The notes: generated by a model from the sequence alone, not told the origin. Counted from the first letter of the stretch, positions 33,111-43,787 are shown. The stretch: DNA of 64,000 bases from Deltaproteobacteria bacterium (GCA_035063765.1 JAPSFT010000018.1:4593-68592); one strand, 5' to 3'. Numbers and translations are program-made.

Positions 33111-33688
33111 GCGCAGAGCGGGATCCGATCGAAGGGTTGGTGGCGTCGATGCTCCGGGAGCTCGGAGAGGACCCCGGGCGGGAGGGGCTCCTCCGGACGC
33201 CCGGCCGCGTGGCGCGCTCGTGGCGCTTCCTGACCAGCGGCTACGAACAGGACCCGATCGCGATCCTCAACAACGCGGTGTTCGAGGAGGGCTACGACGA
33301 GATGGTCCTGGTCAAGGACATCGCGTTCTACAGCCTCTGCGAGCACCACCTGCTGCCGTTCTTCGGGCGCGTGCACGTCGCCTACATCCCGGACGGCCGG
33401 ATCGTCGGGCTCTCGAAGCTGCCGCGCATGGTCGGGATGTTCGCGCGGCGGCTGCAGGTGCAGGAGCGGCTCACGACCGACATCGCGAGCGCGCTCGAGA
33501 CGGTGCTGCGGCCGAAGGGGATCGCGGTCGTCGCCGAGGCGATCCACCTCTGCATGATGATGCGGGGCGTGGAGCAGCAGAACGCCTTTGCCATCACGAG
33601 CTCCCTGCGGGGAGTGTTCTCGGACGATCCCAAGACCCGCGCGGAGTTCATGGAGCTGATCCGCCACAACAAACAGGCCTTCGCGTAG
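33092..33688 (+). CDS. folE: GTP cyclohydrolase I (FolE type 1)
   Basis: In-frame part of ORF 32789..33688: [11 protein letters not shown]..., [38 protein letters not shown]. The start is ATG 33092 or TTG 33107 (7 nt after GGAG); both overlap the previous gene. Confidence 0.92.
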   Translation: MWRGTLSAERDPIEGLVASMLRELGEDPGREGLLRTPGRVARSWRFLTSGYEQDPIAILNNAVFEEGYDEMVLVKDIAFYSLCEHHLLPFFGRVHVAYIPDGRIVGLSKLPRMVGMFARRLQVQERLTTDIASALETVLRPKGIAVVAEAIHLCMMMRGVEQQNAFAITSSLRGVFSDDPKTRAEFMELIRHNKQAFA

Positions 33689-33770
33689 CAGCCTCCCGGA
33701 ATGGGATCCCCTAGGGGTAATCGTCTATCCGCGACTGGGGAATTCGTTGACGCGCGGTGTAAATTCGTGC

Positions 33771-33798
33771 TTGCCAAAGATCGGATCGCAACTATCAT
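33771..33798 (+). promoter_or_regulatory. candidate sigma70-type promoter in the AT-richer patch upstream of the sigma-factor gene
   Basis: TTGCCA-16 nt-TATCAT, located in the least GC-rich stretch of the window. It would give a 5' leader of roughly 390 nt. Hexamer match only. Confidence 0.25.
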
Positions 33799-33877
33799 GC
33801 GCCCCGCGCCCAGGGTGGTTGGAGACGCTGGACTTCCGACTAGATCGGCCGGATCGAGCGACCGGCGGCGCCGGTTG

Positions 33878-33901
33878 CGAGGTGTGACGCACGAGGTGTG
33901 A
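33878..33901 (+). repeat. tandem 10-bp direct repeat CGAGGTGTGA (14-bp period) in the sigma-factor leader
   Basis: CGAGGTGTGA-cgca-CGAGGTGTGA read directly from the sequence. It is immediately followed by the near-perfect hairpin CGCCGAATCG-gcttt-CGACTCGGCG. Confidence 0.7.
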
Positions 33902-34196
33902 TCGCCGAATCGGCTTTCGACTCGGCGCGTCAGAGGAGGGTCCTCGAGGGGGGCCTTCGAGGCAGGGTCGGTCGGCAGATCGACGTCGATGCGATCCGTC
34001 CTCGCGCGAGCGAGACCGCCCACCTAGTCAGATGAGCCCATGCCGCGCGGCATCGACCGACGCCACGTGGTGACACCATCGGCCTGCACCTCGGCCCCGT
34101 CCGGGACAGACCCGGCGCAGGCGCGAAGGCGGGACCGGAGCTTCCGGCGGCGAACGAGGGACGCCGGAGCGTCGAACTCGGAGGAATCGAAGGGAA

Positions 34197-35747
34197 ATGA
34201 ACGCGCAGCGGACGCCGCGCAAAGGACTCGGTGGTGCCATCAAGCAGCGCCGCCAGACGAAGGCCCGGGATGAGCTCGGGGCCGAGACGGACTTCAGCGC
34301 CATCGCCACCGTCGATCAACTGGTCGCGCACGCGGCCCGTTGGACCGTGGCGCGCGCCGGGGAAGACGTGCGCGATCGCGAGCGCAGCGCGCTCGTCTCG
34401 TACTTCCGCGACATCGCGTCGATCCCGACGCTGACCAAGGACCACGAGGTCCTGCTCGCCAAGGAGATCGAGGCGTCGACGCTGGCCTTCCGCCAGGGCA
34501 TGCGCTCGATCCCGATGGTCGCGGACGAGGTGATCGGGATCTGGCGCGAGCTGAAGGCCGAGGAGCGCGTGACCGGCAAGATGTCGGAGTCCTTCGGCTC
34601 CGGCTCGCCGGACGGCGAGGACCTCACGGCCAAGGTCGACGAGGCGCTGGCACGCGTCGAGAAGCTGCTCGGGCAGCGGCAGGCCACCGTCGGCACCGGC
34701 GGGCGCCGCAGCAAGGAGGCCGCGGCGGCGCTGGAGCGGCTCGACCGCAAGCTCGGCCGCGCGCTCGACGATGCCGACCTGTCGATGCAGATCCTGGGCC
34801 GGATCCGGCTCCGCCTGCTCGAGGTCCGGCGCGAGCTGCAGCGCGCGCAGCGTGACCTCGCATCGGCCGAGGCCCGCAAGGGCGCCGATCGCGCCCAGCG
34901 GGTGAGGGCTGCGCGCGAGCGACTTGCGGCGCTCGAGGTCCAGGTCGGTGTGGAGGCGGAGCCGTTCCTGCAGCGCATGCGCGGGATCGAGGACTCCTGG
35001 CATCGCCTCATGGAGGTGAAGAACACCTTCGTGCAGCACAACCTGAAGCTGGTGGTCGCGATCGCGAAGGACTTCCGGAACATGGGGATCACCTTCCAGG
35101 ACCTGATCCAGGAGGGGAACCTCGGGCTGATCCGGGCCGTCGAGAAGTTCGACTACCACCGCGGCCACAAGTTCTCGACCTACGCCGTGTGGTGGATCCG
35201 CCAGGCCTTCATCCGGGCGATCCAGAACCACTCGCGCACGATCCGGATCCCGAGCCACGTGCACGACACGCTGCTCAAGTACCACCGCGCGTACGCGGAG
35301 CTCGAGACCCGCCTCGGCCGCGAGCCGACGCCGGTCGACCTGGCCAAGGCGCTGAAGACCACCGCCGACCAGATCGAGCAGCTCCAGCGCATGACCCGCG
35401 AGCCGGTGAGCCTGGAGGCGGAGGTCCGCGGGACCGACACCAAGCAGGTCAAGGACTACGTGAAGGACCCCGACGCGGTGTCGCCGATGGAGGGGCTCGA
35501 CCACGTGCGCCTGGAGCGCGAGACCGCCGACGGGATCGCGCTGCTCTCTTCCCGCGAGCAGAACATCCTGCGCTGGCGATTCGGCATGAGCGGCGAGAAG
35601 GAGCACACGCTCGAGGAGATCGGCGCCAAGCTCGGACTGTCGCGCGAGCGCGTGCGCCAGCTCGAGGCACGCGCGCTGGCCAAGCTGCGCGCGTCCGAGC
35701 AGGGCGAGCGCCTGCGCTCGTTCGTCACGCCCGACGCCGCTGCCTAG
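34197..35747 (+). CDS. RNA polymerase sigma factor, sigma-70 family (RpoD-like, with long insertion between regions 1.2 and 2)
   Basis: Region 1.2: [24 protein letters not shown]. Region 2: [57 protein letters not shown]. Region 4.2: [28 protein letters not shown]. It is divergent from canonical RpoD (RIPSHV instead of RIPVHM), so housekeeping versus group-2 status is unclear. Confidence 0.85.
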   Translation: MNAQRTPRKGLGGAIKQRRQTKARDELGAETDFSAIATVDQLVAHAARWTVARAGEDVRDRERSALVSYFRDIASIPTLTKDHEVLLAKEIEASTLAFRQGMRSIPMVADEVIGIWRELKAEERVTGKMSESFGSGSPDGEDLTAKVDEALARVEKLLGQRQATVGTGGRRSKEAAAALERLDRKLGRALDDADLSMQILGRIRLRLLEVRRELQRAQRDLASAEARKGADRAQRVRAARERLAALEVQVGVEAEPFLQRMRGIEDSWHRLMEVKNTFVQHNLKLVVAIAKDFRNMGITFQDLIQEGNLGLIRAVEKFDYHRGHKFSTYAVWWIRQAFIRAIQNHSRTIRIPSHVHDTLLKYHRAYAELETRLGREPTPVDLAKALKTTADQIEQLQRMTREPVSLEAEVRGTDTKQVKDYVKDPDAVSPMEGLDHVRLERETADGIALLSSREQNILRWRFGMSGEKEHTLEEIGAKLGLSRERVRQLEARALAKLRASEQGERLRSFVTPDAAA

Positions 35748-35771
35748 CGAGGTCGCCGGCGCTTGGCATCC

Positions 35772-35809
35772 GGAGAGCGGGAGAGCGCGGGCGCGCCCTT
35801 CCGCTCTCC
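35772..35809 (+). terminator. hairpin downstream of the sigma-factor gene (possible terminator, no U-tract)
   Basis: GGAGAGCGG-20 nt-CCGCTCTCC, a 9-bp stem beginning 25 nt after the stop codon. Confidence 0.3.
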
Positions 35810-35926
35810 GCTGGCGCTCGGATCCGGGCTCCGGCTGCGGCGCAGGCGCCTCCGTCCCGCCGGCTGCGCCCGGGCCGGCGTGAGCCCGGCACGCCGGGCG
35901 GGAGATGCGGGGTAGAGTTCCGCGCG

Positions 35927-36889
35927 ATGCCTGCTCCCGCCCGCCCCGCCCAGCCGCTGGTCTCCGTGGTCGTACCCGTGCTCGACGAGGAGGACTGCGT
36001 CGTCGAGCTCGCCCGCCGCGTGCGGGCAGGGTGGGAGAGCGCCGGCGTGCGCGGCGAGCTGCTCTTCGTCGACGACGGCAGCCGCGATGCGACACCCGCG
36101 CGCCTCGCGGCGCTGCGCGCAGCCGACGCCGACGTCAAGACGATCCGCTTCACCCGCTCCTTCGGCCACCAGGCCGCGCTCAGCGCCGGGCTACGCTTCG
36201 CGCGCGGGGACGCCGTCGTGACGCTCGATGGGGACCTCCAGCATCCACCCGAGCGGATCCCCGCGCTGGTCGAGGCCTGGCGCGCCGGGGCGGACGTGGT
36301 GCAGGCGGTGCGACGGGCCCAGGAGGAGCGCCCGCCGGGCTGGAAGGAGCGGGCGAGCCGCTCCTTCTACGGCCTCATGAACCGGGTCAGCCGCACGCCG
36401 ATCGTGCCCTCCGGCGCCGACTTCCGGTTGCTCGACCGGCGTGTGGTGGACGCGCTGCTCGGCCTCGAGGAGCACTTCGTGTTCATGCGCGGCCTCGTGC
36501 CGTGGCTGGGCTTCGCCGAGGCGCGCGTCTGGTACGAGGAGCAGGCTCGCTTCGCGGGCCGCAGCAAATACCGGCTGCGGCCCATGCTGCGCCTCGCGCT
36601 CGACGGCCTGGTCTCGTTCTCGGTGCTGCCGCTGCGCGCGATCGGGATGCTCGGCGCCGCGACCGCCGTGCTGGGCCTGCTCTTCGGGCTCTTCGCCCTC
36701 GTGGCCCACGCCACCGGCCGGGTCGAAGCCAGCGGCTGGACGTCGCTGGTGGTGCTGGTGCTGGTCTTCGGCGGCGTGCAGCTGCTCTCGCTCGGTGTGG
36801 TGAGCGAGTACGTGGGGCGCATCTACGAGGAGGTCAAGCACCGGCCCCGCTACGTGATCGACCGGGTCGAGGGCGTGGAGTGGCCGTGA
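35927..36889 (+). CDS. family-2 glycosyltransferase, polyprenol-phosphate sugar synthase type (GtrB/CsbB-like, two C-terminal TM helices)
   Basis: In-frame part of ORF 35189..36889 from ATG 35927: VSVVVPVLDEEDCV...LFVDDGSRD...FGHQAALSAGL...VVTLDGDLQHPPE, with two C-terminal TM segments. Confidence 0.85.
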   Translation: MPAPARPAQPLVSVVVPVLDEEDCVVELARRVRAGWESAGVRGELLFVDDGSRDATPARLAALRAADADVKTIRFTRSFGHQAALSAGLRFARGDAVVTLDGDLQHPPERIPALVEAWRAGADVVQAVRRAQEERPPGWKERASRSFYGLMNRVSRTPIVPSGADFRLLDRRVVDALLGLEEHFVFMRGLVPWLGFAEARVWYEEQARFAGRSKYRLRPMLRLALDGLVSFSVLPLRAIGMLGAATAVLGLLFGLFALVAHATGRVEASGWTSLVVLVLVFGGVQLLSLGVVSEYVGRIYEEVKHRPRYVIDRVEGVEWP

Positions 36890-37743
36890 GCTGTCCGGTA
36901 TGCCGTGCGCCGGGGGCGGCGCCACGGCTGCGCAAGGACGGGATCGAGATCCTCTCCTGCGCCGCGTGTGGCACCGGCTTCTGGCAGCCGGGCCCCGACT
37001 TCGACCCGGGCGCCCTCTATGGCGCCCGCTACTTCGAGGGAGCGGACCACGCCGCCGGCTACGACGACTACGCCTCGCTCGAGGGCGCCCTGCGGGCGAC
37101 CTTCGCACGGCGGCTGGGTGCGCTCGGCCCGCCCGGGCGGCCGGGCGCGCGGCTGCTCGACCTCGGGCCGGCCTACGGCTTCGCGGTGGCGGAGGCGCGC
37201 CGCGCCGGCTGGTGCGCGGTGGGGCTCGAGCTCTCGCTCGCGGCGGCGGCCCGGGCCGCGCCGGTGACGGGCCCCGGCGGCATCGCGGTGGGAAATGCGC
37301 AGCGCGCACCGTTTCGCGATGGCAGCTTCGACGCGGTGACGCTCTGGGACGTACTCGAGCACCTCGCGGCACCCCATGCGGCGATCGCCGAGGTGGCGCG
37401 CGTGCTGCGCCCGGGCGGCCGGCTCGCCCTCACCACCGGTGACGTCGGAAGCCTCGTCGCACGGGTGTCCGGCCGGCGCTGGCACCTCTACACGCTGCCC
37501 GAGCACCTCTTCTTCTACAGCCGTGACGGGCTGCGCAGGCTGCTCGCCGCCCACGGCCTGCGCGTGATCGGGATGCGTGCCGAGGGCGCGCGCTACCCGA
37601 TCGGCTACCTGGTGGAGCGGCTGCGCAAGTCGCTGCTCGGGCGTACGGCGCAGCGCCCGCTGCGCTTCCCCGGCGCCGGGCTCTCCCTGCCGGTGAACCT
37701 CTTCGACGTCGTCACGGTGCACGCCGAGCGCGAGGCGGCATGA
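36886..37743 (+). CDS. class I SAM-dependent methyltransferase with N-terminal zinc-ribbon
   Basis: GTG 36886 overlaps the upstream stop (GTGA). CPVCRA...CAACG zinc ribbon; SAM motif I LLDLGPAYGF; FDAVTLWDVLEHL; VLRPGGRLAL. Confidence 0.8.
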   Translation: MSCPVCRAPGAAPRLRKDGIEILSCAACGTGFWQPGPDFDPGALYGARYFEGADHAAGYDDYASLEGALRATFARRLGALGPPGRPGARLLDLGPAYGFAVAEARRAGWCAVGLELSLAAAARAAPVTGPGGIAVGNAQRAPFRDGSFDAVTLWDVLEHLAAPHAAIAEVARVLRPGGRLALTTGDVGSLVARVSGRRWHLYTLPEHLFFYSRDGLRRLLAAHGLRVIGMRAEGARYPIGYLVERLRKSLLGRTAQRPLRFPGAGLSLPVNLFDVVTVHAEREAA

Positions 37744-39863
37744 GGCGCGCCCTGGCGACGATCGTGGTGGGCGCGCTCGCCGCCGGTCTCTGGCTCGTGG
37801 GCGCCACCACCCCTTCGAGCCCGGAGCTCGAGGCCGAGCGGCCGCCGCTCGTCTATGACTTCTTCTCGTACTACCGCCCGAATGCGGTCTACGCGGCCGC
37901 CCGGCTGCAGGCCGGCGAGCTGCCGCTCTGGAATCCCTACCAGCAGCTGGGCGGCCCGTTTCTCGCGACGCTCCAGGCCGGTGTCCTCTACCCGCCGAAC
38001 GCGCTCCATCTGGTTCTCCCGTCACAGGGCGCCTTCACGTGGCTCGCCGCCGCGCATCTGGCGCTGGCAGCGGTGGGTGCGCTCGTGCTGGCGCGCGCGT
38101 GCGGCGCCGGACCGTGGGGCGCTGCCAGCGCGGGGCTGCTCCACGCGGGCTCGCTCCAGCTCTGGTCGTCGATGTGGACGCCGCCGACGCTCTACACCGC
38201 CGCGTGGATGCCCGTGGTGCTCGCTGCCACCCTGCGCGTGGCCGAGCGGCCCTCGCCCGGGCGCGCCGCCGGCTTCGCGCTCGCCCTCGCGATGCAGGTC
38301 CTGGTGGGTTGGCCCTACACCGTCGCGATGACCGCGCTGGTCGGCACGGCCCTCGCCGGCGCCGTTCTGGGGGCCCGGGCCTGGCGGGAGCGGCGGCTCC
38401 CGGCGTCTGCGCTGGCCGCCCTGGCGGGCGGGGCGCTCGCCGCCGCCGGGCTCGCTGCCCCGCAGCTCGCGCCCTCGCTCGAGCTCCTGGCGCACAGCGC
38501 CCGCGCTCCCGGCACCCTCGATCCGGCGACCGCTGGTGCGGAGCTGGCGACGCACGACCCCGGGCCCGTCCTGCAACACCTGCTCGCGAGCGGGACCAGC
38601 GCCGTCACTCCCGGTCTGGCGGCGCCGGTGCTGGCGCTGGCGGCGGTGGTCCTGGCCGGCCCGGGCCGGGGGCGCGCGGCGGTCCTCCTGCTCGCCGGAC
38701 TGGCGGGGCTCGCCGCGTCCTTCCCGGGCCACCTGCCGGTGTACGACGCCCTGCGCGGGCTGCCGCTGCTCGGCGACTTCCGCTTCCCGTTCCGCTACCG
38801 GCTCGTGACGAGTCTGGCCCTGGCGGTGTGCGCGGGGGTCGGGATCTCGCGGCTCGTCGCTCGTGCCGGCCGTGTGCGCCGGGTTGCCGCCGCCGGCCTG
38901 TGCGCCGCCGCCGTGCTCGTCGAGGCTGCCCCGATGCTGCGCGCCTACGCCGCTCCGACGCGTCGCTTCCCGCGCCGCGAGGCGCCCCCTCCCGAGCGCC
39001 TCGGGCCGCTGCTCGCGGTGGTCGAGAAGCCCGAGCACGCCGCGAGCCGCAGCCTGTGGCTCGGCTTCGGCACCGACCGCCTGGGCCAGGCGGCGGGGAT
39101 CCGCGTGCTCCAGGACCTCGAGCCGCTCTCGCTCGCGACGACGAGCCGCTTCGTGCAGTTCCTCGGGACCGGCGACGCCGGCGTCGTGGCGGGCGACCCC
39201 GGCGTGGTGCGGCCCGTCTTCGGTGCCCCGTACGCGGGTACCCCCCGGCTGCCGGCGACACCCGAACGGGCCGCGTTGCTCGATCTCCTGGCGGTCCGCT
39301 TCGCGGTGCTGGCCCGGCCGCCCGCCTGGCTCGAGGCGGACTGGCGGCTGGTGCCGGCGGGGACTCGCGCACCGCGCCTGTTCGAGAACCCCCACGCCCT
39401 GGCGCGCGCCTGGCGCGCCGCGTGGGCCGAGGCCGAGCCTCCCGACCCGCAGGCTGCGCTCGAGCGCCTGCTCGCACCGGACTTCGACCTGCGCACCACC
39501 GTGTTGCTCGATCCCTTCCCCGCGCTAGGGACCGCGGGGTCGGCGCGAGACGGCCCGGACCCGAGCGGCTGGGCCCGCATCGAGCGGGACGATCCCGAGC
39601 GCGTCGTCGTGCGCACCCGCGGTCGCGCGGCAGGGATCCTCGTGCTGGCTGACGCCTGGTTTCCGGGCTGGCAGGTCACCGTGGATGGCGAAACCGCCGA
39701 GGTCCTGCGTGCCGACACCGCGCTGCGTGGGGTGCAGGTGCCCGCGGGCGAGAGCGTGGTCGAGTGGCGCTACCGACCGCGCTCGTTCCGGCTCGGTGTC
39801 GCTGCGGGGGCGGTAGCGGGGCTCGCCCTCGCGGCGGCGCTCGCGGTCGCGAGCCGGCGCTAA
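37740..39863 (+). CDS. YfhO-family polytopic membrane protein (putative lipid-linked glycan glycosyltransferase)
   Basis: ATGA overlap with the methyltransferase gene. YDFFSYYRPNAVYAAARLQAGELPLWNPYQQLGGPFLA at the N-terminus, many TM helices, and a C-terminal LADAWFPGWQVTVDGETAEVLRADTALRGVQVPAGESVVEWRYRP. Confidence 0.7.
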   Translation: MRRALATIVVGALAAGLWLVGATTPSSPELEAERPPLVYDFFSYYRPNAVYAAARLQAGELPLWNPYQQLGGPFLATLQAGVLYPPNALHLVLPSQGAFTWLAAAHLALAAVGALVLARACGAGPWGAASAGLLHAGSLQLWSSMWTPPTLYTAAWMPVVLAATLRVAERPSPGRAAGFALALAMQVLVGWPYTVAMTALVGTALAGAVLGARAWRERRLPASALAALAGGALAAAGLAAPQLAPSLELLAHSARAPGTLDPATAGAELATHDPGPVLQHLLASGTSAVTPGLAAPVLALAAVVLAGPGRGRAAVLLLAGLAGLAASFPGHLPVYDALRGLPLLGDFRFPFRYRLVTSLALAVCAGVGISRLVARAGRVRRVAAAGLCAAAVLVEAAPMLRAYAAPTRRFPRREAPPPERLGPLLAVVEKPEHAASRSLWLGFGTDRLGQAAGIRVLQDLEPLSLATTSRFVQFLGTGDAGVVAGDPGVVRPVFGAPYAGTPRLPATPERAALLDLLAVRFAVLARPPAWLEADWRLVPAGTRAPRLFENPHALARAWRAAWAEAEPPDPQAALERLLAPDFDLRTTVLLDPFPALGTAGSARDGPDPSGWARIERDDPERVVVRTRGRAAGILVLADAWFPGWQVTVDGETAEVLRADTALRGVQVPAGESVVEWRYRPRSFRLGVAAGAVAGLALAAALAVASRR

Positions 39864-39888
39864 CCACCCGCGGCGGCCGGCCTCGCGA

Positions 39889-41424
39889 TCAGCCGGTCTC
39901 GGTCGCTCCCGGCTGCAGCAGGGGCGACAGGTCGACCCGCAGGCGGCCCTCCTCCTGGAGGCGCTTGCGGGCGGCCTCGAGCCAGGCATTGCGGGCCTCG
40001 GCGCGCAGCGCGTCGCGCAGCCGCTCGCGCTCGGCGGGCAGGTCGGTGGCCAGCTCCTCGGGCGTGGGCGTGCGCCGCTCGAGCAGCTCGACCATCACCT
40101 TCCTGTCTCCGCTCTCGAAGACGCGCGGCGAGGTCGGCTGCTCGGAGGTCAGCGCGAAGGCTGCCACCACGAGCTCCGGGGCGGCGCCGACCCCGGGGAC
40201 GAAGCCGTCGGGGTGGCGCGTGATCCAGTCGGTGCGCTGGATCTCGATCCCGAGCTCGCGCGCGGCGTCGACGAGCGTCTGGCCGCCCCGCACCGCCTCC
40301 GCGAGCGCGGTGGCCTGCTCCCCGACGAGCTCGCGCGCGCGGTCCTCGCGGACCAGTCCCTCGGCGATCTCGCGCGCCGCGTCGTCGAAGCTGCGCTCCT
40401 CGGCCGCCTTGCGCTCCTCGACGCGGATCACGTGGAAGCCGAAGTCGGTCTTCACGACCTCGCTGACCGTCCCCGGCTCGAGCGAGAAGGCCACCTCCTC
40501 GAACGGGGGCACCATCTGCCCGCGGGCGAAGAAGCCGAGGTCGCCGCCCTGGCTCTTCGAGCCCGGGTCCTCGCTGAGCTCGCTCGCGACGGCGGCGAAA
40601 TCCTCGCCGCCCCGGATCCGTGCGAGCGCGGCCTCCGCGCGCGCGCGCACGGCCGCGACCTCCTCCTCGCTGGCGCCGGGTGCGACGCGCAGCAGCAGGT
40701 GGCGCGCACGCACCCGCTCGGGCTGCTTGTAGCGCTCGGGATGCTCGTCGTAGAACGCGTGCACGCGCGGAGCCTCGCCCGCGAGCAGGGCCTCGACCGG
40801 GGCATCCTCCACCTCGACCTCGGCGGAGGGCTTCGCGGGGTCCAGGACCACCAGGGCGAGCTTCACGGCCTCGCGCTGGTAGCGGAGCGCGTCGCGCACC
40901 TCGGCGTCCGAGACCTCGACCCCGGCGTCGATCAGCTGGAGCAGCTTGGTGGTGAGGATGTCGTCGCGGATCTCGCTCGCGAAGCGCCGCTCGCTTCCGA
41001 ACCGCCGCTCGCCGAACTCGCGGGCAGCGGCCGCGTCGATCGTCCCCTCGGGCGTCGGGAAGATCCTGCGGAGGATGTGCCGGATCTCGTCGTCGGTGGC
41101 GCGCAGGCCGAGCTGCTCGGCCTCGCTGGCCAGGACCGCGCGCTGGATCAGCGACTCGGCCGCCATCTGGTCGAGGTAGGCGCCGGCGCCGGCGGCGTCG
41201 AAGGCGTCGCCGAGGCTCTCGCGCAGGCGGGCCTCCTGCTGCTCGCGCGAGCGCTGGACGTCCTGGAGCGTGTAGCGGCGGCCGTCGAGCTCGACGACCG
41301 CGCCCGAGGAGGGGCCCGACGCCATCGGCCCGCCGAGCCCGAGGTAGGCCACGAACACGCCGCCGACCAGGAAGACCACCGCTCCCATGAGCCAGCGTTG
41401 GCTGCGGCGCAGCGCCTCGAGCAT
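39889..41424 (-). CDS. membrane-anchored periplasmic chaperone/peptidyl-prolyl isomerase (PpiD/SurA-like, parvulin domain)
   Basis: N-terminal anchor WLMGAVVFLVGGVFVAYLGL. Parvulin domain VRARHLLLRV...GGDLGFFARGQMVPPFEEVAFSL...TDFGFHVIRVEER. Confidence 0.8.
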   Translation of the reverse strand: MLEALRRSQRWLMGAVVFLVGGVFVAYLGLGGPMASGPSSGAVVELDGRRYTLQDVQRSREQQEARLRESLGDAFDAAGAGAYLDQMAAESLIQRAVLASEAEQLGLRATDDEIRHILRRIFPTPEGTIDAAAAREFGERRFGSERRFASEIRDDILTTKLLQLIDAGVEVSDAEVRDALRYQREAVKLALVVLDPAKPSAEVEVEDAPVEALLAGEAPRVHAFYDEHPERYKQPERVRARHLLLRVAPGASEEEVAAVRARAEAALARIRGGEDFAAVASELSEDPGSKSQGGDLGFFARGQMVPPFEEVAFSLEPGTVSEVVKTDFGFHVIRVEERKAAEERSFDDAAREIAEGLVREDRARELVGEQATALAEAVRGGQTLVDAARELGIEIQRTDWITRHPDGFVPGVGAAPELVVAAFALTSEQPTSPRVFESGDRKVMVELLERRTPTPEELATDLPAERERLRDALRAEARNAWLEAARKRLQEEGRLRVDLSPLLQPGATETG

Positions 41425-41702
41425 CCCGGACTCCTTTCGTCGCCTCGATCCCCCGGCTTCGACGGGCCGCGGAGCCTAGGTGTGCGGATCGCTGCGGGCA
41501 AGCAGCCTCGACGCCCCCGCGCCCGTCCTCGCGCGCGCCGGGCGTGCGGGCGGTTGCTCTTCGGGGGGCGCGGCTGTTAGCATTGCCGGCGGCTCCCCCC
41601 CTCCCTCCAAAGGATCCGTGAATTCCAGCACTTAGGGGTCGAGCTTCAGGAGTGCCCCGCCCTGCCGAACGGCGTTCCACTCCCGGCGGCCACATGGAGT
41701 AA

Positions 41703-42743
<1,041 letters not shown>

Positions 42744-42869
42744 CGGGCCGCACCGCGGCGCTGCGCTCCGGTTCCGACGAAGGAGGGCACGGCGCCGTGG
42801 AAGGCGGGCAGGGCGCCACGACGAGGCCCTCCGACGACAAGAGCGGTCCAGAAGGCCCGAGGTCGTCCG

Positions 42870-43787
42870 ATGCTCCGCGTCCTGCTCGAGCGCCTGCGCG
42901 TCCCGCTGCTCCTGGCGCTGCTCGTCGGCCTCGCGCTCCTGGCCATCGCCTCCGACCGCCGGGCGCTGGCACGCGGCGCGCGGGATCCGGGCTGGCTCGG
43001 GGGCTTCTTCATCGAGGTGGCCGCGCCGATCCAGAAGGCGCTGTCGGCGCCGGTCGACGGCGTCCGTGGCGCGTGGGGCGACTACGTGGCGCTGCTCGAG
43101 GTGCGCGACGAGAACCGGGAGCTGCACGAGCGCGTGGCGCAGCTCCAGGAGGAGAACCTCCAGTTCCGGGAGGCGCTGGTGGAGAGCGGGCGCCTGCGGA
43201 CGATCGCCGAGATGCGCAGCGCGATCGAGGTGCCGATGCGGCCCGCGCAGGTGGTCGGCACCGACGTGTCGCCCTGGTTCCACTCGGTGCTGATCGACCG
43301 CGGGCGCAGCGACGGCGTGCGGGCCGGCATGCCGGTCGTCACCGAGACCGGGGTGGTCGGGATCGCGACGGCGACTTCGCGCAACGCCGGCCGCGTGCTG
43401 CTCCTGGTCGACGCGCAGAGCTCGGTCGACGGGATCGTGCAGCGCAGCCGCGCGCGCGGGATCGTGAAGGGCACCGGCGGTGACGGCCTCGAGTTCGAAT
43501 TCTTCGTGCGCGGCGACGACGTCCAGGTGGGCGACCTCGTGATCACCTCGGGCTTCGGTGGCGCCTACCCGAAGGGGCTGCGGGTGGGCGAGGTGGTCGA
43601 GGTGCAGGCGGATCCCGCGGCGTTCGTGCATCGGGCGGTGTTGAAGCCGGCGGTCGACTTCGGGCGCCTCGAGCAGGTCTTCGTCCTGCTCTGGCGCGGG
43701 CCCACGCTCGAGCTGCTCTACGAGGGCGAGGGCGACCTGCCGGACCGCGACGAAGCGGCCGCGCCGGAGCCGAGGCCGGGCTCGTGA
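42870..43787 (+). CDS. mreC: rod shape-determining protein MreC
   Basis: N-terminal TM helix, a coiled coil ENRELHERVAQLQEENLQFRE, and beta domains GMPVVTETGVVGIATA...VITSGFGGAYPKGLRVGEV. Position after mreB. Confidence 0.9.
   Translation: MLRVLLERLRVPLLLALLVGLALLAIASDRRALARGARDPGWLGGFFIEVAAPIQKALSAPVDGVRGAWGDYVALLEVRDENRELHERVAQLQEENLQFREALVESGRLRTIAEMRSAIEVPMRPAQVVGTDVSPWFHSVLIDRGRSDGVRAGMPVVTETGVVGIATATSRNAGRVLLLVDAQSSVDGIVQRSRARGIVKGTGGDGLEFEFFVRGDDVQVGDLVITSGFGGAYPKGLRVGEVVEVQADPAAFVHRAVLKPAVDFGRLEQVFVLLWRGPTLELLYEGEGDLPDRDEAAAPEPRPGS

Noticed and set aside
33701-34273. Small ORFs in the sigma-factor leader: 66 aa at 33701..33901 and 77 aa at 34040..34273.
   Set aside because: The translations are Arg-rich and implausible, there is no Shine-Dalgarno, and there is no third-position G/C bias comparable to real genes. 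The region is treated as non-coding.
41628-41655. GCACTT...GAGTGC, a CIRCE-like pair of half-sites upstream of mreB.
   Set aside because: The spacer is 16 nt instead of 9 and the left arm is imperfect, so it is not a CIRCE operator.
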